NCBI GenBank assembly: GCA_963514005.1
Contig: OY740811.1
Coordinates: forward strand, 32,178,001-32,242,000
Direction: 5' to 3'
Source of the DNA: Raja brachyura
Lineage: Eukaryota
Length of the DNA stretch: 64,000 nt
The notes beneath the pieces are model-generated. The model was given only the letters and a program-made list of their open reading frames with translations, ran no database searches and had not been told where the DNA came from. The translations under genes were made by a program, and so were the position numbers. This document shows positions 50,643 through 63,870 of the stretch, piece by piece. Numbering within the stretch: position 1 is the stretch's first letter; each line of letters begins with the position of its first letter.

Positions 50643-51437
50643 CTATTTTTCTAAAGGGGGAGAGAATCCAGAAATTGCAAGTGGAATGGGACTTGGGAGT
50701 GCTGGTGCAGGATTCCCAAGAAGTTAATCTGCAAGTCGAATTGGTAGTAAAGAACAAAGACCCTATAGCTGTAGGACCTTTGGTAAAGAAGTCAAACACA
50801 ATGCTAGCATTTATTTCAACAGGGCTTGTATACAAAAACAGGGATGTAATGCTGAGGCTCTATAAGCCACTGATCAGGCCGCATTTGGAGTATTGTGAGC
50901 AATGTTGGGCACCGTACCAGAGGAAGGATATGCTGGCTCTGGAGAAGGGCTCAGGGGAGGTTGATGCCAGGAATCAGTGGGTTAACGTATGATGTGCTTT
51001 TGATGCCACTGGGCCTGTAGTTACTAGAGTTTAGAAGAATGAGGGAGGGAGGGGGGGGGGGGCTTATTGAAACATACCGAATAGTGAAAGGCCTGGATGG
51101 AGTGGATGTGGAGAGGATGTTTCCACTAGTGGGAGAGTCTAGGACCAGAGGTCACAGCCTCAGAATTAAAGTATGTTCCTTTAGAAAGGAGATAAGGAAT
51201 TTATTTAGTCCAAGGGTGGTGAATCTGTGGAATTATTTGCCACAGAAGGCTGTGGCGGTCAAGTCAATGGATATTTTTAAAGCAGAGATGGATTCTTGAT
51301 TAGTACGGGTATCAGTGGTTATGGGGAGAAGGCAGAAGAATGGGGTTAGGAGGGAGAGATAGATCAGCCATAATTTAATGACGGAGTAGATTTGATGGGC
51401 CAAATGGCCTACTTCTTTCTGCTCCTACTGCTTATGA
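50643..51437 (+). mobile_element. CR1 3' fragment
   Basis: DLGVLVQDS, RPHLEYCEQCWAP and LIETYRIVKGLD motifs. Confidence 0.9.
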
Positions 51438-52289
51438 TCCAGTACATTGGGGGCCAAGGGCAGGCAGAGTGATGTTGGCTTGTTGTCGGGCAATGCCAGT
51501 GGCATACTGATCAGAAGTTCGATCTTTCAGATGCAATATTAAACAGTTCTGTCAGCATGGTAGACCCTAAATATTTCATAGCACTTTGAAGATGTTTGGG
51601 GAAGTGTCTTGCCGTCCAAGTCAATATCCATCGGCCATATTTTATTCTCATTGCTAACTGTGGAGTATTGCACGTATAAAAATACACTCGTTCTTCCAAT
51701 GTAATTGATTTTAAAAATTAAATGCTTTAGAACATAGCAAGACAGAATAAAATCACAGTAGGATTGTTGGAAATGGGTGCTTGGTGATCAGTGCAGATCT
51801 GAACGGCTTGAAGGGACTGTTTCTGCACCGAATTATTTTGTGACTCCAGAGGAACAGAAATCTGCTCTTTGTCAATTTGGGTAGTAAAATTCCTTTTCAT
51901 GTAATACCTTGTTAGGATTTACCATTTTCGGTCCCAGGATCTAATGTGTAGGTGGATAAGGATGAAGGATTTTGCTCAGTGTGTTTTCATCGAGGAGTTG
52001 CAGTGAGCGATGTTATAATGTTATAAAATAGAAACGGTAGGGAATCAGCAAGTTTATAATCCAACAGAAACATATAAAGTCGTTAATTCCTTATTTATGT
52101 CCCTCACTTTAAAATAAAGGCGTGTAATGAGAAACAGATGCCCTGATCACCTCATCACTGCTTATCTACAATGCACTTGTTCCCGTCACTGCTCACTGAT
52201 GGAAGATGAAATGTGGGAAGTACAAGGGTAGTTTTAGTTTCGAAAACCCCTGTTGAACCCAAAATTACTTTGTCTGAAACCGTGACTTT

Positions 52290-53241
52290 GCAGTTGTTGT
52301 CATTTCATTTCTTTGATGTGTGTATTTGAGATTCAGTAAAACATTACACGGCGGATAGGTGTGGCAAATATTTGTTAGTTCGCAGCTCCACCATTGAACT
52401 CAAAGGGAGTTGCATGGATATGCAATTTATCTTTGTTTAATGAACGCGGAGAGAAAGGTTGGTCCTAACATATAACCGGTGCTTCATTTCGCTTGAAGCT
52501 GCCCAACTCCCGATATTTATCTTCAGGTAACAATGGAAGGTAAAGTAGAAATCATATTAATTTCCTCTCCTCCAGTTTCTCTCTTCTCCCCCCCCCCCCC
52601 AGGTCCTCACTGGAGAACAGCTTCCATTTAGCTTTCGGACTACAAATTCATGTATTTGTTCAACATTGATGATTCAGCGAGTTACTCCAGCACTGTGTCT
52701 TTCAGAAAGATTAATGGTTGTGCCTGCATGTGTGGCAGGTACTAAGGAAACATATTTGGCTCTGAACCAGAATGTTGTGACAGATAACTAGCAACATCAA
52801 AGTTGTCAATTTTGCAGGCACGCACGGTGTGAATCTGCTCACTCTTCTCCCTCCAGGCAGTAGCTCATTTGACACCAATTAGTCAATGCAAATGTACACT
52901 CGTGTTTAACATACACCCCTTTGCTGTCATTTCATTTATTTGATGCGTGTATTTTTGTAAGCTCGCATCTCCACCAAGGAACTAAAAGGGAGTTGCATGG
53001 ATGTGGACATTTTTGTTTAATGGCCGTGGAGAGGAAGGTTGGTCCTGACACAAGGCTGTCCCAACTACCCCGTCAACCTCCCTGTATTCACCAGGAGTTG
53101 ACAATGGAAGGTAAAGTGGCAATAGTATTACTTTTCTCTCCCCCTCAGCTCCTCACTGGGGAACAGCTTCCAGAAGGTTGTGACAGATAACTAATTAACA
53201 TCAATGTGAATGCACACTGATTTTTAACATACTCCCTTTGC
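52290..53241. repeat. Diverged two-unit tandem duplication
   Basis: Colinear blocks such as aaagggagttgcatggat, aaggttggtcct, acaatggaaggtaaagt and ttgtgacagataacta each occur twice. Confidence 0.85.
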
Positions 53242-53340
53242 CATCAGTGGAAAAATGGCACCTTATCATTGTTCCTTTCACAACCTGCACCTCAAAAGCA
53301 GTGGCAAATAAAATGGTAATGCATAAAAAGTTAAGATGCA

Positions 53341-56300
53341 TTTATTAGAACATATGGATAATTAAATTTATTTGTAAGAAAATCAAAAATAGTTTTTTTT
53401 CACACAACTTATTTCCTCGATTTTTAGACAGCAACATTACAGTTATAGAAAATAGGGATTTTTTCAGTATACATAATGTACCAACAAAGTTCATGCAGAT
53501 TCATTGATGCCGGAATAATTTAGTCAGCAAGTTCTATCCTTTTACTGAACAGGTATAATGCTGCTCAGTCCAGACGTAATTCCTGTTTACCTCTGGGAGA
53601 ACCGGTTCTAAGGTAGAACGCAGGCACAATGAGATTAATGGATTCTTGAAGAACACAGATACAGCAGAGTCAGACACGACACACACACACATCCCACTCC
53701 CCATCCTGTTCCAGGGACAGCAAATTGTACAAAGCCAAACAAATATTCTCGATGCAAAGCTACAGTCCCTCAACCTGTGCCTTCAGCTGGAAACTAAAAC
53801 AGAATAATGCCCTGAAGTGGACACACAGCTAATTCACTGCTTTTGAAAGTAGAACAGACATCACTGGCACAAACATCTGGCACAAGTGTTTGACACAACA
53901 GTTTTTAAACACAACAGACAGACAAGAAAAAGACACATTGAGCCCAAGATTACCCATGCAATGGAATGTCGACTGTTGAAATAAAAGACCGTGGGTGTAA
54001 ATAAACCAAAGCAAATTGTTTAAGCCCCTATTGAGATGGGAGTTAGAAGCATTAGTTCATGCTGTTGAACCAACAGTCCTAATCACCCAGAGGTTGTTAC
54101 ACCAACCACCTCTTCCACCACATGGAGAGACCAATGTCAAGCCCACCAGATGCTCACTCACACAGGTGCAGCAAGGGTTATTGACCATTGTTGAGGAGCA
54201 AGAACGGGCTGATATTCTGCTTTCAGTCAGTTGTACTGTAAGCAAGACAGCATCAAGCCAGTTGTGGACCAGGGAATGAGCAGACTTCCCTGGCCAGAGA
54301 CCAGAAAGAGGTAGAACCAGTTGGCCAGGGAGCACTTTTATCTCAAAAAGGTTTCTGGTGTAAACCTTGTTCTGGCTAAGGGTTATTACCAATCACTTTA
54401 TTGCAGAAGTTCTCAAATCTATTACAGAGATCCAGAAGTTTTACATCAGATTGCCAGCATCTGTAAGGTGTCACCATTTGTCTCCCTGCTGTGTCTGACA
54501 GCTTCCTAAGCCTGTTCACTCGACACCTCAACCCCACCTGTTCACTCCACACCTCAACGCCACCTGTTCACTCCACACCTCAACCCCACCTGTTCACTCC
54601 ACACCTCAACGCCACCTGTTTACTCGACACCTCAACCCCACCTGTTCATTTGACGCCACAACGCTACCTCTCTACACCTTTACAGCACAAAAACTATTTC
54701 ACAAGGTGCACCCAGCGCAAATAGATGCTTGTAAAGAAAGAGACAAAGTGCTGGAATAACTCTTCAGTCTGAAGGGCCCCGACTCGAAATGTCACCTATC
54801 CTTGTTCTCCCGAGATATTGCCTGACCGGCTGAGTTACTCCAGTACTTTGTGTCTTTTTTTGTAAGCCATCACCTACAGTTCCTCATTTCTATGGCAATG
54901 TTTGCAAAGAGTTGTTTCAATGATATTCCATTCACAGAGTGATCCACTTCTAACCGAGGATGTTGAACATTTAAATATTTTTCCCTCAGTCTCAATCATT
55001 TGAATATTTCTTGCCTTGATATTTAAGACGTTCTTTATGACCTCTGATCCAACAAAATAAACATATATTTTAATCTTAAAAGGCACTTCTCTTGTGTTTT
55101 CTTAAAATATTTGCAGGTTTTTAAACAAACAGATTGGAACACCTTGGTGACTCAACACTAACTGGGTTGTTCTGTACAGGAACTGGTTCTGGGATCAACA
55201 GGCCTTGTGTCTCTTTCTGATTCCACAAACAACAAAGTTCTACCGGCCCCACCTGATGTGTGACAGAGCTCCTGCCCACAGGTTGAAGGCAGGGGGTTGG
55301 GAAGCCAACACTGTTCCCTCCTCTTGCTCCCACTCCAGGAGGGGCATCGCATACAAAGGGCAACAGGTAGACACTTTGTTCTGTACAGGGAGGTCACGAT
55401 GGAAGAGAAACCACAAAGGGTGTTTGGTCGGTATTTTCTAAAGGCGTTTCCCATGCTGCTGGGATGAGGATTTGGAAGAGCTGAGATGGCGCCCCTGTTG
55501 CCAGAGCTTGGAGGACCCGATATATATTACACACAGTGCTGACTAACGGTGTTTCTGTATGGCACACCTCATTGGCACACAAAACGCAGAGCCACTTTAG
55601 GGGGTCAGACATAACATAGAGCAGTGTGGGAACTTCTTCCACTGCCTCCCAAGGACATGCCCAGCTGCTCAGAACATTCATACACTATAGATGGAAGATG
55701 CATAGTTAATCTTTACTGATGCCCACTCCAGGAACTTGTATCTGCAGGGTGTAACTCAAGTGTAAATGCAGTCAGACACTGGGTTTGATAGGTAGCTGCT
55801 CTCCCACAGCAGGGAGTATGAAGGAAGCTGACGCTGATTAGTACACTTGGACCATCCAAAGTGGCAATGAAAGCATCTTGTGCAGGTCAGCACCTTCATA
55901 ATGAAGCACCCACATTATGACAAATCACACAAGCTCCCAGGAACCCAAGAAAGAAATGCTTAATCTATCCCATATCAACTAACTCCACTGTGTTACATTG
56001 ATCATTTGACAGGTAATATGCTACTGATTTCTGATGATTAGATGCCAGAGGTAAAAGCAGATTTTGGTATGAACAATTTAAAGCACTAAAGCTATTTGAT
56101 CTGACTTAAGATACCACAAATTATTGGTGTTTTCCCCTCGTGTATTACCAACCCATTTATTTTGCACATGGTGTCAAATAAAACTTATCGTATCCATGAC
56201 GGCAATGAGCAGCCACGTGTTAATGGGGGGAAACTGAGAAGAGGTGAATTCAGACTGAGGTAATTCCTTTACGAGGCAGGGAGAGACAGCAGGAACCTCC

Positions 56301-56882
56301 CTCCCACAAAGCTTCAGCTTCAGGGGGTGTCTGGGGGCCGTCTTGGTTCAGATTTGTCAGAAGGAAGAGAGGCTTTGTTGGGCTAATTAACACAGTCCAT
56401 TAAGGCCAAAGTCCCTTTCAAAATGTCACCAAGGCCCTGGGAGCTTCACCCGCAGCTTCAGTTCCCGTATTAGACGGAGAACATGACTTTACTTTCAGAA
56501 TCACGTACCAGGAATAAAGCAACAGGTCAAGATCAGCAAATAATAACATTGGAAACAATGCATTTGGTTAGGCTTGGCGAACATCAACCATTGCTTCTCA
56601 TTCCAGCCCTGCTCACATCCCCAAGCCGTCACAAGTGGCTGGTGGTAGAACGACAGGCTGAGGATCTGCTTGGAAGTGAAAGAGGCAGCACTGTCCATCC
56701 ACACTGGACATTGTGGTCAGTGGTGTATCTGGTACATCCCATCCCCATCTCCCACCCTTCCCCTTACCCAACCTACTCTTGAAAACAAAAGGCAGTCTGT
56801 CACCTTGGCTTTTGCCAAAGTTAGAAGCCAGATCCTCAGACCTCCTGAACCCTGCAAGCGGCTCAGGCAGAGAAGGCTGGCT
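53341..56882 (-). other. EFHD2: Probable EFHD2 3' UTR (~3.5 kb)
   Basis: Follows the stop; minus-strand AATAAA at 53367-53372 and 53341-53346. Confidence 0.6.
54511..54669. repeat. 26-bp minisatellite, 6 copies
   Basis: Unit cctgttcactc(c/g)acacctcaac(c/g)cca. Confidence 0.93.
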
Positions 56883-57014
56883 CTACTTGAAGGCTGACTG
56901 CAGATCCTTGAAGGCAGCTCTCTTCTGTTTCTTTTCCTCCGCCTGTTTCTTCTTTTCCTCCTGCTCCTCCTTGATTTCCTGCTCGAATCGGTTGGAGTCA
57001 TTGATTGCCTGAAG
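56883..57014 (-). CDS. EFHD2: EFHD2 last coding exon, coiled coil (LQAINDSNRFEQEIKEEQEEKKKQAEEKKQKRAAFKDLQSAFK*)
   Basis: Manual translation; ctgcag acceptor, TAG stop; C-terminus resembles recalled EFHD2 more than EFHD1. Confidence 0.92.
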   Translation of the reverse strand, partial: LQAINDSNRFEQEIKEEQEEKKKQAEEKKQKRAAFKDLQSAFK

Positions 57015-57234
57015 CTGCAGACGTAACACATTGTTATCGAGTTCAAAGCTGACGTCAACTCACGATGAACAAAGACAATAGACAATAGGTGCAAGAGTAG
57101 GCCATTCGCCCCTTTTCGAGCCAGCACCGCCATGCAATGTGATCATGGCTGATCATCCCCAAAGACCACTGTTTGTAAAATCGGATGGGTCTCAAACTAA
57201 TTGGAGAGAAATAAACTGCACATTGACAGAGTTT

Positions 57235-57722
57235 AAATTATCCAAGATACAGCAAGGAAACAGGCCTTTCAGCATACCGACCATCGATGACCCATTCACA
57301 CAAGTTCTATGTTATCCCACTTCTCATCCCTCCGCACTAGTGTCAATTTACAGTGCCAATTAATCTACAAACTTGAAGACAGACACAAAATGCTGCAGTA
57401 ACTCAGCGGGACAGGCAGCATCTCTGCATTGAAGGAATGGGTGACGTTTTGGGTCGAGACCCTTCTTTAAACTGAGAGTCAGAGAAGAGGGAAACAAGAT
57501 ATCTGGAAGAGTCAGGTGTGAAAACTAGAGATCAAAGGGGACAAAGTTCGGTTCCTTCAAACACATTTAATCTACAAACCTGCATGCCTTTGGTATGCAG
57601 AAGGGAAAGTAAACCCACGCGGTGACAGGGAGAACTTGCAAACTCCAAACAGACAGCACCCAAAGTCACAATCAAAACCGGGTCTCTGGCACTGTGAGGC
57701 AGCAGCCCTACCAGCTGCGCTA
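57235..57722 (-). mobile_element. HE1/V-SINE-like SINE interrupted by a Penelope fragment (~57375-57565)
   Basis: SINE halves joined across duplicated ttaatctacaaac. Confidence 0.75.
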
Positions 57723-58044
57723 CCCTTTAATTTAATTTACACAGATAGCAATGAAACAGGCTGTTTGCTTCATACACAACTCCTCATTAACCTCAGTGAC
57801 TGGGATTACAAATTTACATCGAAAGAAGATTTCTTTATTCCAGCCTCCAGAAAAATTGCAACATGTTCTGTGAGAAAAGTTAGATTCTGGGCTAACTCAG
57901 GCACTAGACTGGCAGAAAAGTGCTACTGAGGCCTGGACAGATGCAAACAGCCTGGATAGAATGGATCCAATGAGCACAATGGTCTTTCGTTATCCCAGAC
58001 TTTCAGGCGCTGCGATCTATGCAGACTAGAACAGCACAAAGAAG

Positions 58045-58230
58045 CTGTGTTTTCTCCTGGTGCTCTAGTTTCCTGCCACACGTCCAAAGACATGCGGGTT
58101 TGTAGGTTAATTGGCTTTGATAAAGATTGTAAATTGTCCCTTGTGTGTTGGATAGTGCTAGTGTACGGGGTAATCACTGATCTGCACGGACACGGTGGGC
58201 TGAAGGGCCTGTTTCCACGCTGTATCCCTC
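58045..58230 (+). mobile_element. 3' half of an HE1/V-SINE-like SINE
   Basis: Homologous to 34150-34320. Confidence 0.7.
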
Positions 58231-58454
58231 AATAGGGAATTCAGGAGAAGCCTGCTAACGGTGCAGAGTGGTTAGAATGTGGAGCATGTTGCCATGTAAA
58301 GCGTTTGAGACACAAAGTATTGATATTTTTTAAAGAGGTTGGTGAAACAGGAAGGATTAGAAGAGGATGTTGAAGGGATGAAAATACAAGCCCCAACACT
58401 TACACATGACAGTCAATAATCAAAACAGTAACTCAAGTTTCAAGTGACACTTAC

Positions 58455-58589
58455 CTTGGCTTCAAAGAAGGTTTTGGCACCTTTCACTCCCTCTGTTGAG
58501 ACATCGATTTCAGACAACTGGGCGAGAACATGCAATCCACTGTCTTCAGACAACTCTCCGGCTGCTGCCTTACGGAAAATTAGCAGGAA
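58455..58589 (-). CDS. EFHD2: EFHD2 exon 3 (FLLIFRKAAAGELSEDSGLHVLAQLSEIDVSTEGVKGAKTFFEAK)
   Basis: ttcag acceptor, AAG|gtaagt donor; 135 nt, phase 0/0. Confidence 0.94.
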
Positions 58590-60381
58590 CTGAACGGAAA
58601 GAGAGGAGAAGTGGTATGAAGGAGAAGTCTGCTCGTCGATAGGAATGGACACAAAGCAAGACCAGGAGACTGGGGCCAATGGTTTAACGTATACTTCTGG
58701 AGATCTCAGACAGGGGAAAGCAGCAGCAGCTAACTGGCCATCACTATCAGCTTCACTCACTCGTTTAGCAACACCTGCAAGCTAGGACCGTGATGAGAAC
58801 ATCTCCTGAACTAATACCAGATGAGTCGCTGCCCTCAATTTAGTGATTCAACGTCAAACTTGTTAAGTGATGTTAAAGTAACTTAACATCAAAGTTATTA
58901 AATTTATACATATACACATACACACACGCACATTATGTATTGAAATTCATGAATCACATAACTTTATGTATGTAATACATATTTAAATACAAATTCATTA
59001 TTAATTAATTATTGTTTTTATACAAAATTGACCAATTGATCCATTTTCAAAAAAATATCGACAACCATATAAGTTCCAGAATAAAAGGACACAAAGTGCT
59101 GAAGTAACTCGGCAGGTCAGGCAGCATCTCTGGAGAACATGGATAGGCAATGCTTCGGGTTGGGATCCTTCTTCAGACAGAAGTGGGCAAGAACATGCCA
59201 ACAAACCACTCATAGGATTGATTACTCAGTAACTGTGGAATCATTGGGATGCAGCACTCCGAGCGACCAGCAGAGGGGGATAGCAGCACAGTCTAGACCT
59301 TTTCATCGGACACTAAGCTATTTCCCCCATTATTCCCCCACCTGCTCCAGTCCCCATTAGGTTCCTGTGCTAGTACTTCAGCCCTTTCTTGCCTCATTCC
59401 TCAGACACAGGGCTGGAATGTGCATTTGTTTTCCCTAATCTGCAGAATCGGCAGACACAGACCTCACCTAAGAGCCCAGGTGGGGCAAGTCCCTGAGAGG
59501 TTCAACAAAGTCAGTGAGGCCACGCTGCCAACGACCCACGTATGGGGAAATGCCGATAGGGTCTGGGGAGGCGGAGGTCACTATAGAACACAGATCTGTA
59601 TACGCCTCGTTGTCACCTTCCCCTAGTTAACAATGATCTATTGTACATTTTCCTTGAACTTCATCCCCTTCAGTGTCATAACCATTCCCTCCATAAATGC
59701 CGCCCGACTAAATTTCTCCAGCAGATTGGGCTTTGTATATCAATCAATGTAAGAATTAAAGCAATAACCTTCCAAACGTTGTACCAACTATTTCTGTAAC
59801 CAACACCGAGACACTACAACATCTAGCCCAGTGACCAGGTTTAGGCTTATTATTGTCACATGTACCGAGATACGGTGAAAAGCTTTACATGCTATCCAAT
59901 CAAATGCAATAATGCTGCACATACAGGGTTTGACTAAAGTGGATGTGGGAACCAGGAGGAGGAGGGGGTCAGTGACACTGGTCACTGGAGGTGGTCTAAC
60001 CTTCTGCTGCGGGTGGCCCGTACCCATGCCGAAGGTGCGGAGAAAAGGACGTCTCACTGGCGATTCGAATGAGGTGACGACTGCAACGGGCCTTTATGGC
60101 CAGCTGCAGCATGGACTGTGTAAAAATGGTGCCAAAATGTGGGCACTATTGCATATGTTTCCACGCACGGTGTAGTTAATCGAGGTTAATATGGCAATAA
60201 TCTCTCATCTATATGCAAAACCTGAATTTCACTGCACCTTGGTAGGCATGACAATAAAAGAACATTGAACCAATTATTCCGTGGGATACCACAAGTCTCC
60301 TGTGTGTAACCCAGTCATTTGCCTTTGACACACACTTGGTGCAGGTCAGCCCTCCAGACCCCAGCCAGCAGAGCACGGTAC

Positions 60382-60529
60382 CTCTCGGAAGCTGAGCTTT
60401 CCGTCAAAGTCCTCATCGACCTCCTTGATCATGTTCTTCAGCCCCAGGTGGGTCTGAGGAGCTTCCAGCTTCTCCATCATCAGCTTCAACTCCATCAGGT
60501 CGATGAAACCGTCCTTCCCAGCATCATAT
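60382..60529 (-). CDS. EFHD2: EFHD2 exon 2, two EF-hands (YDAGKDGFIDLMELKLMMEKL...EVDEDFDGKLSFRE)
   Basis: EF-hand loops DAGKDGFIDLME and DEDFDGKLSFRE; cag acceptor, GAG|gtacc donor; 148 nt. Exon 1 not found in window. Confidence 0.93.
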
Positions 60530-62964
60530 CTGTGGTGGTCAGAGACAAACCAGATCACATACAGTCGACAGTTTGTCATGAGGTGTGGGGCTAGAGGCGT
60601 CAGCACAGGTTTATGAGGGTGGGGCCATGGGACCAGAGGGCGAAGAGCAGTAAGTACCATGTGGGGGAATTGGTGAACAGAGGAGGGGGAGGGGGAATGG
60701 TCTTGCAACAACAGCAGAGGCACGAGTAAGTTTCCTTGGTTTAAGTGATAGAACACAGATTTAGAACATAGAACACTGCCAGTCCCAGAGGTAATCCAGA
60801 CAGACTCCCTCCATAAACCCTGAGCACACAAAACCGACAGCCCTCTAATTTTGTTTTGAAAAGGTTGGCACCGCATTTTGCAGAGAATGTTCGGGTAAAA
60901 ATGTGCGCACACGCCGAGCCCTTGGATATAGTATCAGGCATTACGATTTATAACCAATAATTCCTGGAGGTGTAAAGAACAAAGCAATACTCATACTCGC
61001 ACGTTGAACCTTTCCCCATTGCTCCTCTGGGACTCACACCCCACCTCTTCCGTCAACACACGCTTCACTCCACATTCCTCCGTGACTCTGGACACATCAC
61101 AGCTAATTCCAAAAAATAAGTAACCATTGCACAAGACGCAGCTCTTAAAGAGTTGTGATTGTGAACTGTGATTGTACATGGTGCAGTTCTGAGCAACTGT
61201 GTTCGCAACAGGCAGCTATGTGTTTCAAACCACCATGGGGTAGGGGATTTGATGAGGCAGAGAAAGGGCGAGGCAGTCAGAGCACATTCTGACAGTTTAG
61301 ACTTTTACAGAAACCAGGGGAAAGAGAAGCTGCAAGACCCAGACCCCTGTCTCGGGAAGGCGGGGTGAGAGGGACCTCTGTCTTTGAAGAGGTCCCTCTC
61401 GTCTCATCCCTCACTGGGGAAAGGATCAGTCAGCGTCTACCCTATCTAAGCCTCATCATTGTACATACTCTGATCAAGTCTCCCCTCAGCCACCACACAA
61501 ACTAACCAGTGACATTGCCAGATCGATCTACGTTGCACGGCAGAGGAACAGTTGAACACGTGAGTTACGCCAAGTTCCCCTTTTCTTTTTGTGTCAAATT
61601 TCTCCAATTTTTCCAACATCAAAATTAAATAGAATTAACTCAGTCTGAAGAAGGTTCCTGACCCAAAATGGCACCTGTCAATTAGCCTGCACAGATGCTG
61701 CATGGCCCAGTGAGTTGCTCCATTCCACTAGAATGTTAACTCTTCCCTGCCTCTCCCAGGCCTGTCCCAGTGGGCCCTGTGTCTCCATGGCAACAGCCAC
61801 CACACCTACCATTCCTGGGAACCCTGACCCAGGTCCAATAGGAGTGGGTCACAACTGCCCCCTCTCCACCTTGTGTGGGCAAGGGATCAGTCTTCCAGGC
61901 CATGAGCTCTGTTCACTCAAAGCTTCAAAAAAACTCTCTCTTGTTGGTGATAGGTTGGTCCAGTTGTTTGATAACAGCTGGGAAGAAACTGTCCCTGAAT
62001 CAGGTGGTGTGCGTTGTCATACTTTCATACCTCTTGCCTGATGGGAGAAGGGAGAACCATACTCCTAAGAATGGCGGTGAAGTGTTTTCAAGAAAATCTG
62101 AAGGGAATCGTTAATTGACTTCAAGCAGATGGTTTTGCAAAATATTTCTACGTCCTGTTTAGACACGTCAAGGTTTATGGAGAAGAGAATTCTCACATGC
62201 CAGAAATTCTAAATCTCACACCATGGTGCAGGGGCTTGAAGGAATCTGCACTAAGGTACAGAATGTTCATGAGTTCTGGGAGCAGAGTCAGGCCATTCAG
62301 CCCATCAAGTCTACACCACCATTCAATCATGGTTGATCTACCTTTCTCTCGCATCCCCATTCTCCTGCCCCATGTTAGCTGACAGAGGACGAGACTGGAG
62401 ATGACTACACGTTGCCAGCAAGAACTGCTCATTGCCCTGGTGAATCTGGGCTCAGTTTGGTGCTTGAAGTCAAGCTTGTGCCTTTATCTGTCATGGCTTT
62501 AGAGGGATACGAGGCAAGTGTAGAAACAAGGAACTGCAGATGCTGGTTTACAAAAGAATAAACTGGGAGCTGGAGTAACTCAGCAGGTGAGACGCGTGGC
62601 CAGGAACCAGTGCAGCCCTTTGGATTACTGAGGCAGGTTTAGGAGAATTGTGCTTAGTCAAAGTCCTCCACTGGGTGCCTCATTCACTGATTAAAGGGGA
62701 AAGTTGTTTGGTTTATGACGTTGATTGTAATGAAGTTGTTACGCAAGTAGGACAGGAAAGTGTGCAGGAAAGCAGCCTACACACTTTGTTTTGCTCCCAG
62801 CCTTCCAATCTTAAATCTACACAAATAAAAATGTGAATGAGTATATCTGTGACTCAGTGTTCCTACGTCATTGGTGTTGAAGACTTCAATAAGTATTAAG
62901 ATTGTTACTATCTGAATAATTCAGGAATTTAATGTGATAACAGGTATTTCTCTTTTCAACATGT

Positions 62965-63130
62965 TTACGAAGGAACTGCAGATGCTGGATAAATCGAAGG
63001 TAGACAAAAATGCTGGAGAAACTCAGCGGGTGAGGCAACATCCATCGATCTCGACCCAAAACGTCACCTATTCCTTCGCTCCTTGGATGCTGCCTCACCC
63101 GCTGAGTTTCTCCAGTATTTTTGTCTACCT
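62965..63130. mobile_element. Penelope-derived fold-back element
   Basis: Inverted arms flanked by direct repeat tcttttcaacat. Confidence 0.8.
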
Positions 63131-63584
63131 TTTATCTTTTCAACATACACTCTATTTCCTGTCCATTAAATAAGTTCTCCATATTTTTTATCCCAAGGTA
63201 TTAGTACTGAAACTACTGTACTCTGCGGCGTTCCGCCCACTACCTGCTGCAGGTCAGTATACAGTACACCTCTCATCACCATCTCTACTATTTCAAAGAT
63301 TTCAAGTCTGTCAAACATGATTTCGTTTCTGTAACCCAGATTTTTACTAATTCCCATGAAGCCTGCCCTGGATAGTTGTCCCAGTTTCCCCCGGCATCAA
63401 CATCAGGTGATAGGGCTGTGGTGCTGGTGATGTACACATTCCTTGTAAACCAAACTACTGAATGTGCTCTGCCCCAGTCTCACACTGCTAACAACAGAAG
63501 ACTGGAAAAGCACAGCTACAATTTCCTTATCTTCCTTGTGGTCCATTGGGACCCATTGACTTTTCTACTTTGAAGACTGATTGA

Positions 63585-63870
63585 AAGTTACAGCGCATTA
63601 ACAGACCCTTCAGCCCTCCCATCAATCACCCATTCACACTAGTTCCATTCTATCCCACTGCCTGTCCACAATCTACACCTTGGGGACAGTTTACAGAGGC
63701 CAATTTACCTACAAATTGGCATGTCTTTGGGACGTGGGAAGAAACCGATGCACAAAGAAACTTAAGCGGTCACGGGGAGAATGTGCAAACTCCACACAGA
63801 CAGCACCCGAGGTTAGGATCCAACCTGGAGCACTGGTGTTGTGAGACAGCACATCTACCGCTGCGCCACT
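63585..63870 (-). mobile_element. HE1/V-SINE-like SINE
   Basis: Reverse complement of SINE head, core and tail. Confidence 0.75.

Noticed and set aside
54511-54669. CRISPR-like regular repeat
   Set aside because: Head-to-tail units with no spacers and no cas genes; eukaryotic minisatellite.
60346-60912. 188-aa ORF as the full EF-hand protein N-terminus
   Set aside because: Only 60382-60529 matches EFHD2 and is bounded by splice sites; the rest is intron read-through.
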